A stretch of DNA of 63,413 bases, filler included, from Octopus bimaculoides (Eukaryota): assembly GCF_001194135.2 (NCBI RefSeq). It is 5 parts of 5 records of this genome, joined end to end, with 100 filler letters (N's around TTAATTAATTAA, not from the genome) between each part and the next. Parts side by side here need not be neighbours in the genome. Positions count along the whole stretch, not along the records: positions 22,444 to 45,684 come from NC_068996.1; 4 more parts are not named here. One strand, 5' to 3'. Numbering within the stretch: the stretch's first letter is position 1; the number at the start of each line of letters is the position of its first letter. The notes beneath the pieces were generated by a model, which was given only the letters and a program-made list of their open reading frames with translations, was not told the origin of the DNA and made no database searches. Shown here piece after piece: positions 24,365 through 35,989 of this stretch. The position numbers and the translations under genes are program-made.

Positions 24365-25230
24365 TGGAAACTCAACTCATCATCTCTTGTGGGTAAGATA
24401 CAGACAGCTGAGGAGGGGTTAGACTCCTTTTGGTATTTTGTCCTGTACTTATCTCTTGTTGTGTGCTTATGTATTTTCCACTTGTTGGTGATGTCCTGTT
24501 CTTAATGTATATTTTTTCATTTATTTAATAACTGAATGCTATGCAGCCTTTGTCAGCAATAAGTTTTTGCATTTATATATATTTTCTGTGACTCTACACT
24601 CTGTTCCCTGCCTATTTTCTTTTCTTTCTCTCTCTCTCCCTCTATCATCCTCTATACTTTTTTTTCTCCCCTTCCTTCTTTGCTGTTCCCTGTCTATCTT
24701 TCTGCTCTCTACCATCTTTCTTCCCTTCTCCCTCCTCCTGACTCTCTTCGTTTCTTTCCCTCATCCTCTCTTTTGTCCCTTCTGCCTGTTGCTCGTTGTT
24801 TCTGAGTTGAACCGCCACCTGGCTGGATGTCATTTCTCTCGTCTCTCAATATTTTCCATTATTTATTCTGTATCCTTTCAAAATGTCTCCCAGGCATTAC
24901 CCATTACAATTCATCTTGGCCTAATGGCCCTAAATGTCTGTCTTCATCAATTGTTTACTTCCGTACATCCACTCTGGTGTCATTTGTTTGTCTGAAGCCC
25001 TAACCCTCCACAAATGTTGTAGTCTTAAAACTTCTGGATGCTGCTGTCTTATGAAGTTTTCCTGTCTTGTTGTTGAAAGTATGAAACAGGGAGTAATATT
25101 ACAGCTGACAACTGAGGAGGGGTTAGACTTCTTTTGGTATTTTATCCTGTACTTATCTCTCATGTGTTTACGCATTTTTCACTTGTTGGTGATGCCTTAT
25201 TCTTAATGTGTATATTTTCATTTATCATAT
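24365..25230. mobile_element. Penelope-like remnant bounded by ~140-bp direct repeats (pLTR-like)
   Basis: 24404-24545 and 25108-25235 are homologous (CTGAGGAGGGGTTAGACT.CTTTTGGTATTTT.TCCTGTACTTATCTCT...). Confidence 0.45.
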
Positions 25231-25374
25231 ATATATAGTAACAATTTATATCCATTTTTTAGTAAGCACCTTGTAGTATGCTGTTTAAAGCCTGTTCACA
25301 GTATTCGGCTGCCTGATGTCATGCTACTGGATTTACTTCAGAGTTTATATTTAAAAATATGAGACTGTAAATAA

Positions 25375-25575
25375 AATTCATGAGATTCTTTATTCAAAAC
25401 CACTATCATTGGTTTGACCCATCATGCACCAGTACCTTACAGGGGAGATACTGTTCAAACAATTGTCATGCATCATAGGTGCATGACAATTGTTTGTACA
25501 GCATCTCACCTGTAAGGTACTGGTGCATGATGGGTCAAACCAATGATAGTGGTTCTGAATAAAGTCTCATGAATT
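25375..25575. repeat. 201-bp near-perfect palindrome (fold-back MITE-like)
   Basis: Arms 25375-25472 and 25480-25575, 7-nt loop TCATAGG; about 4 substitutions and one small indel. Confidence 0.95.
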
Positions 25576-25599
25576 CCAGCCTAGGGTTTAAATACTTAT

Positions 25600-28500
25600 A
25601 TTGCCTTGTGGGAGATGCTTTGGCACACTTTAGGCAAGATTTTCAACTGAAAAATTAGTCAAAAATATGCAACAACCCTTAAAAGTGAGAAATTATGGCT
25701 AATTCCAACATACCTTGGTCAGAAGATGGGCAAAACAAAGGTACTGTAGGTGCTACCAGAAGTGGACATCTCTTTGCTGGTAGCAGCCATGTTATATGGC
25801 ATAGAGAACAGAAACAAAATTTTGCAAATCCATAAAATGGGAAAGGAGAATTGGTCAGGCACTGGCATGGAACTGTGGTTATATGCTGATATGCTAAAGC
25901 GACCTCTAACACAAGAACAGAGCTATAAAAACAACAGCAGCAGCAGCAGCAGTAGCAACAACAGTAGTAGCAGCACCACTACAATCACCGCCGCCACCAC
26001 CGTCGCTACCGCTGCTGCCGCCGCTGCCGCCGCTNNNNNNNNNNNNNNNNNNNNNNNNNNNNNNNNNNNNNNNNNNNNNNNNNNNNNNNNNNNNNNNNNN
26101 NNNNNNNNNNNNNNNNNNNNNNNNNNNNNNNNNNNNNNNNNNNNNNNNNNNNNNNNNNNNNNNNNNNNNNNNNNNNNNNNNNNNNNNNNNNNNNNNNNNN
26201 NNNNNNNNNNNNNNNNNNNNNNNNNNNNNNNNNNNNNNNNNNNNNNNNNNNNNNNNNNNNNNNNNNNNNNNNNNNNNNNNNNNNNNNNNNNNNNNNNNNN
26301 NNNNNNNNNNNNNNNNNNNNNNNNNNNNNNNNNNNNNNNNNNNNNNNNNNNNNNNNNNNNNNNNNNNNNNNNNNNNNNNNNNNNNNNNNNNNNNNNNNNN
26401 NNNNNNNNNNNNNNNNNNNNNNNNNNNNNNNNNNNNNNNNNNNNNNNNNNNNNNNNNNNNNNNNNNNNNNNNNNNNNNNNNNNNNNNNNNNNNNNNNNNN
26501 NNNNNNNNNNNNNNNNNNNNNNNNNNNNNNNNNNNNNNNNNNNNNNNNNNNNNNNNNNNNNNNNNNNNNNNNNNNNNNNNNNNNNNNATCATTGGAGAAA
26601 CAACAATAACAATACCTACACCATTGCAACTGAGAGAAGTCGACCAGACCTTCAGCTTAGAAATGTGCAACTGTGCATACATACCTCTCCCTCTACCTTA
26701 AATTTTTCCAACTGTGGAAACTCATCTAGTGAGGAAAACCATCTCAGAAACCCACCAGAATGTATCCTGGTGAAAAGAAAAAGAAAAAATTACAAAGTGG
26801 GAAGATATAGATACAAACGACAAGATCTTAATAAAACATACTCAAAAATACACAGACATTGCTCTAAATAGATAAATTGCATCCCTGCATAACACCCCTA
26901 TTTATGTAAGAATTATAAAGACAATGCAACAAACTTATAAACTGAAAGCAAAATATCCCGAAGAAAATGGAAATTTCCATGGGACCATAACAAAAAGGCT
27001 CTAGAAAGAATTGTTTCTGGAGACACCCACAAATAGCCAGAAGGACAAAACATCTGTCTCTCCACAGAAATATGTTAAGTGATTCCCTTCATTCTCCGTA
27101 TTTCTAACAAACATGGCCTTGCTCAGAATACGCATAATAAATGCACGTGGCCTGGTGTCACCTTGGAAACAAGGCTGCTTACTCAATGACCTCAGGTCAC
27201 TAAGTTTAGATGTAATGACTATCATCTAAACTAAGTGACATGAGGTCATTGAGTAAGCAGCCCTGTTTCCAAGGTGACCCCAGGCCACGTGCATTTATTA
27301 TGCGTATTCTGAGCAAAGCCATGTTTTGACTATCAAAGGTGGCAAACTGGTAGAAACGTTAGCATGCCGGGCAAAATGCTTAGCGGTATTTCATCTGCTG
27401 CTATGTTCTGAGTTCAAATTCTGCCAAAGTCGACATTGCCTTTCATCCTTTCGAGGTCGATAAATTAAGTATCAGTTACGCACTGGGGTCGATGTAATCA
27501 ACTTAATCCCTTTGTCTGTCCTTGTTTGTCCCATCTATGTTTAGCCCCTTGTGGGCAATATAGAAATAAAGAAATAAGATGTAATGACTATCAGTGAAAA
27601 CAGACTCTGCAATCGACCAGCTTTCATGCCAATTTTTGGTGGATACAAGATATACTCATCTCCATTTCAATTGGGAACAGGGGCAGGAACTGCAGTGTTG
27701 TTCTGGAGAGGTCTTGATCTCAAGATAAGGCATATCTCCTTTATCCCTGAAAGTAAGTTGGTGGTCCTGGATGTGAACAGTAGTGATAGAGGCGCCATTA
27801 GACAGGTGGCTGTTTATGTTCTGAAAGGGGCTGGACAACCAGTCTGGAGGTTTTCCTAGGAGTATCTCAATTTTTAGTGCTAATGGGTGACTGTAATGCC
27901 ATTTTGGATGCATTTTTGCATAGTGTGGGGTTAGCTGTCAGAAGAGTTGGGTGTAAAACCCTCACAAACATGCTCTGACATTTTCAACTATCTGATGGAG
28001 ATTGACTGAATTTCCCAAATGTGCCAGTGTGGACATGGATGAACCACATCAGGACTTCTAGGCTGTATCTAGATAGAGTATTCTGTAGGCCATTAGATAA
28101 GGTTAGTATAAGTTGTCTGCTTTTTAAAATCATCATCTACACAGGCCACAAATTTGTGATCTGCATGGTTGACTTAGGGAACCTGGTTACTGGAAGCTGA
28201 ATGTGTCACTCCCAGCATGACAAGCTTACAGAGACTGCATTAGCAAATTAGTGAAGCAGGCATTTAGGGGATCGATCATCAACAAATGGCAGTTTGCCCT
28301 GAAAAAAGCAATTTGAGTAGAACTGATTAGGTTTAGTAAGGCATTAGTGATAGAAAGGAATAGAATAGAGGGAAACTTAGAAACTTAGAAGAAGCACTTA
28401 GGAAAGGCATTGCAACCAATGTGCTGGCAACAAGAGTGGCCCTGGACTGATTCTTCAACACTAAGCACAAAGGATGCATTGTGAAAGCTAAGGCGTGTGC

Positions 28501-29400
28501 TCTAAGAAATGAGGGAACAAAAGCCACTTGATGGAGCAAAAGCCACAATGATGGAGGCGCAATTTGGAAACAAATCACAATTCAATCTTTGGTGAACCAA
28601 AATGGGTAATGTGTGCTGCATTTCAGTAGCACTTTACCCAACTGTTTAGGATGAATGGCAGTCTGGAATGCAGAATGGACTTCAGTGCCTACCTTAACAG
28701 CTTGCCATGATTCTCAGCAAATTGCATGGGGCATTGTGAAATGTAGATAAATAACAGAAATATGGAATGTGATGATGGGCTGTGCATAAGGAAAATCACC
28801 TTGTTTGGATGCCTTTTAGCAGATATCTCCCATCATAGTGTTGAACACCAGGCATATAGACCTGGTCAACACTGCTCTAAAAGAATATGAGGTGGTGATG
28901 GGAACAAAAATTAACCAAGAAAAGTCAGTGGGCCTGCAGTTCAGTACCTGGAGAGGCAGATCCATGGTATTCATTAACATCTTGGGGCACTGGACAAAGG
29001 GACTGGTTAAATTGCTTGGGTCTGTTTTGATCTAGATCATCAGGTAGAGAAGATCTGGGATGAGGTAACAAGCAGATTGGCCAATCTCATCCAGATATGG
29101 ACTGAGAGAAAGCTATCCCTGAAAGATCTGACTGATGTGGTAAAAGTTTATATTGTCTGCATTATATGTTACCACCTGACTGTTGTGCTTTGTCCCAGTT
29201 TATGTTTAACCAAACTTGAGCACATGCTCTTCTGCTTTCTGTGGAAGAGATGCATTCCACTGGTCAGGTGCTCTATTTGTTGTCCAGACTTGCTGAATGG
29301 AGGTCTGGGCATGCTGTGGCTGCTGATTTGCAGACATGCACTGAGTCTATGATATCTCCAGCACTTCCTTGATGGTGAGCAAGTGTGGTTATCATTTGTC
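25600..29400 (+). mobile_element. L1/Tx1-like LINE, decayed (ORF1 + APE endonuclease + partial RT/C-terminus)
   Basis: ORF1 WLIPTYLGQK..VLPEVDISLLVAAML; ORF2 start at 27113 MALLRIRIINARGL...LLNDLRSLSLDVMTISE; EN motifs (GTAVLF, KLVVLDV, GDCNAILD, GHKFV); RT-end KINQEKSVGL..GRS, KLLG; C-terminal RHAL.L. Confidence 0.85.
27336..27577 (+). mobile_element. SINE family C (young) inserted in L1 ORF2
   Basis: Intact CpGs; bracketed by the 16-bp direct repeat GATGTAATGACTATCA (27209-27224, 27578-27593). Confidence 0.85.
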
Positions 29401-29439
29401 AGGCATGCAATGGAAAGCCATATGTGTTTCAACAAGATA

Positions 29440-29838
29440 CAACACTTTCTCAGAAAGCCCACATAATCTGAGAATGGGTGTTTATGATCATGTATCATCA
29501 AACCTGTGGCCTCCAAACTTGGCAGATTTAAATCCCATAGACTATTACTGCTATATTTTTGAAAGGGAGACTAATCAATGTCCTCACAAAATCATAGCTT
29601 CACTGATGACCACCATTGAATAATAAGGACTATTTAGTGCAGTCATGTCACTGATTCTGATCCCACATTGAAGCTGTTATTGAAGCTGTAGGCATTTTCT
29701 GAGGAAAATCTTAGAGTAAAGCTTATCAAAAACATGTGCACAATATAGATTTTTGTTAATATTTTTTTTTATTTGTTTTTGCTAAATTAGAGTTGTATTA
29801 AATTACCAAATATGTTCTCAAAAATTTCTGGCACCTAC
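29440..29838 (+). mobile_element. Tc1/mariner (maT-like) 3' remnant
   Basis: LWPPNLADLNPIDYY...ERETNQCPH (WPPxSPDLNPxDY motif); related to 45785-46570. Confidence 0.65.
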
Positions 29839-29879
29839 ACACACACACACACACACACAAACCAAAGTTGTAGTAAGTA

Positions 29880-31403
29880 GGAAGGAAGACAAATCACAAA
29901 TCTCTTCAGGTAGATGGCCCTGCTCAATCTGTAGAAAAGGTGTAGGTAGAAACTCCAAAAGGTGCCCCAGTGTAAGCTTTGAACACATAAATGGTGCAGC
30001 AACATTAGAGGAAGGTTAAGAGAGAAACTAACTTTTGTATATGGAAAGAGCACAGGTACAATAAACGCTGAAAATGTGTAGAAAATAGACTCATTCAACT
30101 TCCCCCCAAGGTGGGGGCAAGCTAGAAGTAGTAGATAACTTCCGTTATCTAGGTGATCAAGTTAGTAATGGATGCTCCAAGAGCATAGCTCTGAAAATAA
30201 GATTAGGCTGCATAAAGTTCAGAGAGCTCCTACTTCTGCTGGCAACAAAGGGCCTCACTCTCAGAGTGAAAAGCAGATTGTTTGATGCCTGAGTGCAAAC
30301 AGTTATGTTGCATGGCAGTGAAACATGAGCAGTGACAGCCAAGTACATGCATAGGTTTGAGAGAAATGAAGCTAGTATGCTTTGTTGAATGTGCAATGTT
30401 AGTGTGCATGTTTGACAGAGTGAAAGTATCTTGAGAGAAAAGTTAAGTATAAGAGGAATCAGATGTGGTGTGCAAGAGAGACAACTGTGCTGGTATGGTC
30501 ATGTGATCCTTATGCATGAGCACAGCTGTGTGAAGAAGTGTCGATATCTAACTGTGGAGGGAACCTGTGTTAGAGGTAGACCCAGGAAGACATGGGACAA
30601 GGTGGTGAAGCATGATCTTCGAACTTTGGACCTCACAGGGGCAATGACTGGTTACTGAGACCTTTGGTGATGTGCTGTGCTTGAGAGAGCCCATCAAGCC
30701 AAGTGCACCCATGCTGGTGGCATGTAAAGAAAATCTTTTGAATGTTGGGCCTCATGGAGGCAAAGTGATTGATTTCCTTTTGAGCGTTGGGCCCGACAGA
30801 GGCAAAGTGGATGAGTTCCTTTCAAGTGTTGGACCTCAGCAAGATGGCTGAGCTCCTTTTGAGCATTGAACCTCACGGAGGAAAAGTGGCTGAATCCCTT
30901 TCAAATGTTGGGCCTCATGGAGGTGAGATGGCTGAGTTCCTTTTGAGTGTTGGACCTCATGGAGGCAAAGTGGATGAGTTTCTTTCGAGTGTTAGGCCTC
31001 ATAGAGGCGAGATGGCTGAGTTCCTTTTGAGCATTGAACCTTATGGAGGAAAAGTGGTTGAATCCCTTTCAAGTGTTGGGCCTCATAGAAGTAATGACCA
31101 AGATCTTTGACCATCAAGCCAAGTAAAATCACAGTTGTGGCAGATACCGATGTCATGCAAATCGGCACCTGTACTGGTGGCACGTAAATGCATCCTGGAG
31201 TCATGTAAATGGCACCCAAGCCAGTGGCATGTAAAAGCACCCATTACACTCACAGAGTGGTTGGCATTAGGATGGGCATCCAGCCATAGAAAACTATGCT
31301 AAATCAGACTGGAGTCTGGTGCAGCCTTCCAGCATGCCAGCTCAGTCAAACCGTCCAACCCATGCCAGCATGGATAATGGACGTTAAATGATGATGATGA
31401 TGA
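29880..31403 (+). mobile_element. RTE LINE, 5'-truncated (ORF2 C-terminal part, 3' UTR tandem array, (GAT)n tail)
   Basis: RWPCSICRKGVGRNS...KLEVVDNFRYLGD...LRVKSRLFDA..MLHGSET...RQLCWYGHV...RGRPRKTWDKVVKHDL. Confidence 0.9.
30735..31095 (+). repeat. 42-bp tandem array (~8-9 units, 84-bp higher-order dimer) in RTE 3' UTR
   Basis: Unit resembles TTCCTTTTGAGTGTTGGACCTCATGGAGGCAAAGTGGATGAG and translates as 14-aa repeats. Confidence 0.9.
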
Positions 31404-32219
31404 CATCTGTATATAACATTTAAGATCTAACAATGTCTTGCTTTGAAGACATGTGGTTAGGCAGGGTTTTACAATGTGTCTTTGTCTCCAAGCAGTCTTT
31501 AAGCTCTGAGCACATGGTTTGTTCTATCTGAAATCAGGATGCTAGTACATAGGAAACTACAAGGAAAAAACAAAATTAGAAGGTTGATGCAAAAAGTGGA
31601 ACGAGAAGACAAAGGGTGTATAAAAGTGGAAAGAAAATTAGAGTTATGCCCCCTTCGTCCATAAATGTCATAATTAAACTAGTTGTTTTAGAATAACTGA
31701 ACAACTGCTCAATCTGGAGAGGATGGTGTCCTCCAGTTCACCAAATTTCTTGTGGCGAATTGGAGGACAACACCCTCTCCGTAGATGAAAAAGACAGAGA
31801 AAAGTGAAAATGTGACAGAGAATACAACCAAGTTAAAGGGAAGTGACATAATGGAGTGAACCAGGGATTCGAGAGGGTGGTAGGTCAGTGAGTTTATAAG
31901 ATTTTATATGGAGAATGGGAGATAGAGGTGGAAGGGAAGGTATTTAACTGGGGCATATTATGTGCAGGTAGGTAGATACATGAGGGAGAATGGAAGAGGG
32001 GGGAGCGAATATTAGTGATGAGCATGAGCACCATCAACAGTAGGTTTACTTTGCTGGGCAGGTCTTCTCAAGTACAGCATATTGCCAGTTGTCTCAGTTG
32101 TTTGACATCTCTGTGAGATTCAAACCCAGGAGATCATTTCTCTTTCATAATATTTACACTTTGTTGTACTTGCAGACTAACATTGCACATCAAGTAGAGC
32201 CTGTTGGTTTCATTTTTTT

Positions 32220-32418
32220 TACAAACCTTCTCATGTTCTCTGTAGTCGCAGCCCATGTTTCACCGTCATGTAGTATAGCAGTCCATGTACAGACATCATA
32301 TAGTCTACCTTTCACACCGAGGAAGAGACCGTTTTTGACCAACAAAGATAATAGCACTTTCAACTTTGTCCATCTGGTTCTTATTCTAGCAACTAAACTT
32401 TCAAAGCAACTGCTACTG

Positions 32419-32420
<2 letters not shown>
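32220..32420 (-). mobile_element. RTE ORF2 fragment
   Basis: VKGRLYDVCTWTAILHDGETWAATTENMRRF. Confidence 0.7.
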
Positions 32421-32454
<34 letters not shown>

Positions 32455-32461
<7 letters not shown>

Positions 32462-35290
32462 TCATCATCATCTTTTAACGTCCTTTTTCCATACTGGCAT
32501 GGGTTGAATGGTTTGACTGGGGACTGGCAAGCTAGGAGGCCTCACCAGACACCAATCTGATCTGGCAATGTTTCTACAGCTGGCTGCCCTTCCTAATGCC
32601 GACCACTCCGAGAGTGTAATGGGTGCTTTTCATGTACCACTGGCATGTAATCCAGTCAGGCAGCACTGTCATCAGCCATGTTCAGATGGTGCTTTTTATG
32701 TGCTACCGGCACAGGATCCAGTCAGGGTGGGGGGCATCGACCACATTCAGATGGTTCTTTTTACGTGCCACTAGCATAGGGAACCAGTCAGGGGGCACTG
32801 GCAGCGACTCACATGTGAATGATGCTTAATGCATGCCACCAGCATGAGAGCCAGTCAGGCAACACTGGCATCAGCCACGACTACAATTTCCATTTGATTG
32901 TGATTTGATTTTTGATTTTGATTTTGATTTTAGTTGACTCAATAGGTCTCTTCAAGCATGGCGTGTTGCCTGACAATTCAAAGGTACTTTTTAAATGGGT
33001 TAGTTATGCAATACTGGTATAGACTATGGCTGTGATCTCACTTTACTTGCTGGATCTTCTCAATCACAGCATATCTCCAGAGGTCTTGGTCTTTCGTCAT
33101 TGCTTCTGTGAGGCACAACGTTTGAAAGTCATACTTCACCATTTCATCCCATGTCTTCCTGGGTCTCCCTCTTCCACAGGTTCTTTCCATTGTTACAGAG
33201 TGACACTTTTTCACACAGCTCTCCTCATCCATACACAGCACATGACCATATCATTGCAGTTGTCTCTCTTGTACACCACATCTGATGCTTCTTATGTTCA
33301 ACATTTCTCTCAAGGTGCTTACACTCTGTCGTGTGTGCACACCGACATTACACATCCAGCAGATCATACTAGCTTCATTTCTTTCAAGCCTACGCATGTC
33401 TTCAGCAGTCACGGACCATGTTTCACTGCCGTGTAGCATGGCAGTTCACACACATGCATCATACAATGTATCTTTCACTCTGAGGGAGAGGCCCTTTGTC
33501 ACCAGCAAAGGTAGAAGCTTTCTGAACTTTGCCCAGGCTATTCTTATTCTAATAGCAATGCTCTCTGAGCAGCCATCCCCACTACAGACTTGGTCCACTA
33601 GGTAGCAGAAGTTATCAACTACTTCTAGTTCCTCCCCCTGGCATGTAATGGAGTCCATGTTCTGAGCATCTGCAGTGTTTATTGCCCCTGTACATCTGCT
33701 GCACACAAAAAATATCATCCTGATTAACCTTCCCTTGATGTTGCTGCACCTCCTATGAATCTGTAAGGAACGACCGTGTGTACTCAAAAAAGGAGAAATG
33801 GTGACGAATGGAAAAACAGAGGACTCCTTTTATTTAAACACGTCACACGGTCGAACACAATATATATATATCAAATGATGATATACATGATAATATGTTA
33901 TACGACGATAACATAGATGACCAGTAATGAAAGACCACAACCGTATTAGATGAATAACAGAGATATTTATTGTAGCGTTAAAGATGTAAGTCTGTGTGAG
34001 AGTGTGAATGTGACATATAAGAACATTATCAAAGACAGGCCGTCGTACAAAGAAAAGTATGTATGTGAGTGATACATGTGTGTGTATGTTATTACAGCAG
34101 AGAGAAAGAGAGTCAATAACACGTGAGCAATTATATACCAGTTCTTGTGTACACTATAGGAAAAGTTCTGTATGTGAAATTGGGGAGGTTGAGTGTGGCA
34201 GAGCTGATCACTAGTTGTGATGTCGTGGCATCGATCCCGGGCCNNNNNNNNNNNNNNNNNNNNNNNNNNNNNNNNNNNNNNNNNNNNNNNNNNNNNNNNN
34301 NNNNNNNNNNNNNNNNNNNNNNNNNNNNNNNNNNNNNNNNNNNNNNNNNNNNNNNNNNNNNNNNNNNNNNNNNNNNNNNNNNNNNNNNNNNNNNNNNNNN
34401 NNNNNNNNNNNNNNNNNNNNNNNNNNNNNNNNNNNNNNNNNNNNNNNNNNNNNNNNNNNNNNNNNNNNNNNNNNNNNNNNNNNNNNNNNNNNNNNNNNNN
34501 NNNNNNNNNNNNNNNNNNNNNNNNNNNNNNGGTCATCGTTGGCTGGACGAAGCTATTGAAGTGGTCGCTGGCTGATTGTTGCTGCTGCTGTCGTGTGGTA
34601 CACGGAACAGATCTCAAAGAGAAACTGAACCGAGACAAATTTGTTGGGTATGAGTTGATCTATTTATAGCGAATTATCAGCTCACCAGATATCAGAAATA
34701 TACTCTATCACGTGACCTTATTAAGGGCTGTGATTGGTCAGTTTGCGTTCTGGCGGGAAAGGTTCGAAGAATTTGCCGCTTCAAATAATAATCAGTCACG
34801 TGATGACAAGGCTGGTGTTTTCCCCTACGTTCGCGTTTGTTTATATTTAAATGAGAAGAATGGCGATAGGTATTAGAGACGATAGGTAGTTTCACTACAA
34901 ATCCGTAGCTTACACTAGGTATGTCTTATGAAGTTTTTACTTACACCTTTTCTACAGATCGAGCAGGGCCATCTACCTGAAGGGGTTTGTGATGTGTTCA
35001 CCTTCCTACTTACCTGGACTTTGGATTTTGCAACCTTGACTCTAAGACCCTTCGATTCTGAACCTTGCTTCCACACTTGAAATTTCTTTTCTAGTTCTGG
35101 TAGTGACTCAACTATGAGAGCAAGGTCATCAGCATAGAGGAGCTCCAAAGGGTAGCCTGTCTTGAATTCCTCTGTTATTGCTTGGAGGACTATGCTGAAT
35201 AAGAGAGGGCTGAGGGCTGTTCTTTGATGGACCCCTAGCTCTACCTGCATCTCCAAACATTCAACAACTTGTTTCTGATTATTGTACAAG
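32455..35290 (-). mobile_element. RTE LINE 3' half, interrupted by a solo LTR
   Basis: LGVHQRTALSPLLFSIVLQAITEEFKTGYPLELLYADDLAL (RT motifs 4-5), PHD-like finger, LEVVDNFCYL, MLHGSETW, RGRPRKTW, 3' UTR and (GAT)n tail. Confidence 0.9.
33762..34899 (-). mobile_element. Solo LTR (Ty3/Gypsy-like), young
   Basis: TGTA...TACA termini with exact 4-bp TSD AATC (33758-33761, 34900-34903); on the minus strand CCAAT (34733-34737), TATAAATA (34661-34668) and AATAAA (33966-33971) in U3-R-U5 order; CpG-rich; 287-N gap inside. Confidence 0.85.
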
Positions 35291-35989
35291 CTAATGATGT
35301 TAGATTTGAGAAAAGGAGATTACTGCAGAACATCATCCAGAATATTTCCAGTCTGTTTATAGAAAAACTCAGAAATTTTATCATTATGCCTTCCAAATTT
35401 ATGTGTTAAGGAATAATAGGGATCAAAATAATGTCATTGATTTTCTATGTTGTATAAAAAGTTATTGAATGGTTAAAAAGGTATGGAATCATTCATATAA
35501 TGATTAAAAAATAGGCTTTCTTCTAGGTTCAGATAGGGGTCACATTCTTCTTCTGATTATTTCTCACTATTGAACACATGATATAAAATATGAAGATGAA
35601 AATCACAAACATATTAATGAAAATTGCAGAGTAATATAAACTGAACTTTGTAGCATATGGCATTTATTTACACAGGATACTCTAAGCTACACTGCTGAAC
35701 CTGTTTGGTATAGTATGACTCAAAAAGAAATATACAAACTTTTCGCTAGTTTGATCATTTTCCTGTTTTCTGAAACTGCAAATAATAACAATAATAGCAG
35801 CAGAAGCAGCTGCAGAAGTGATGGTAGTATCAGTGGGGATAGAAACAAGGGTGGAAGGAACATTAATAACTGCAGCAGCAGCAGCAGCAGCACCACCACC
35901 ACCACCGCCAACAACAACAACAACGATAGTTGCAATGAAAGCAAAAACTCAGGCAGAACAGCAATAAATAACAGGGCTTACTTCACGAA

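Noticed and set aside
25750-26871. Long ORFs spanning N gaps (also 943-1419, 33967-34669, 57465-58329, 61859-62923)
   Set aside because: Their length comes from X-translated gaps and flanking microsatellites.
30787-31110. 107-aa protein with 14-aa repeats
   Set aside because: Product of a 42-bp tandem array downstream of the RTE ORF2 stop; starts at a non-ATG codon; no support for translation.
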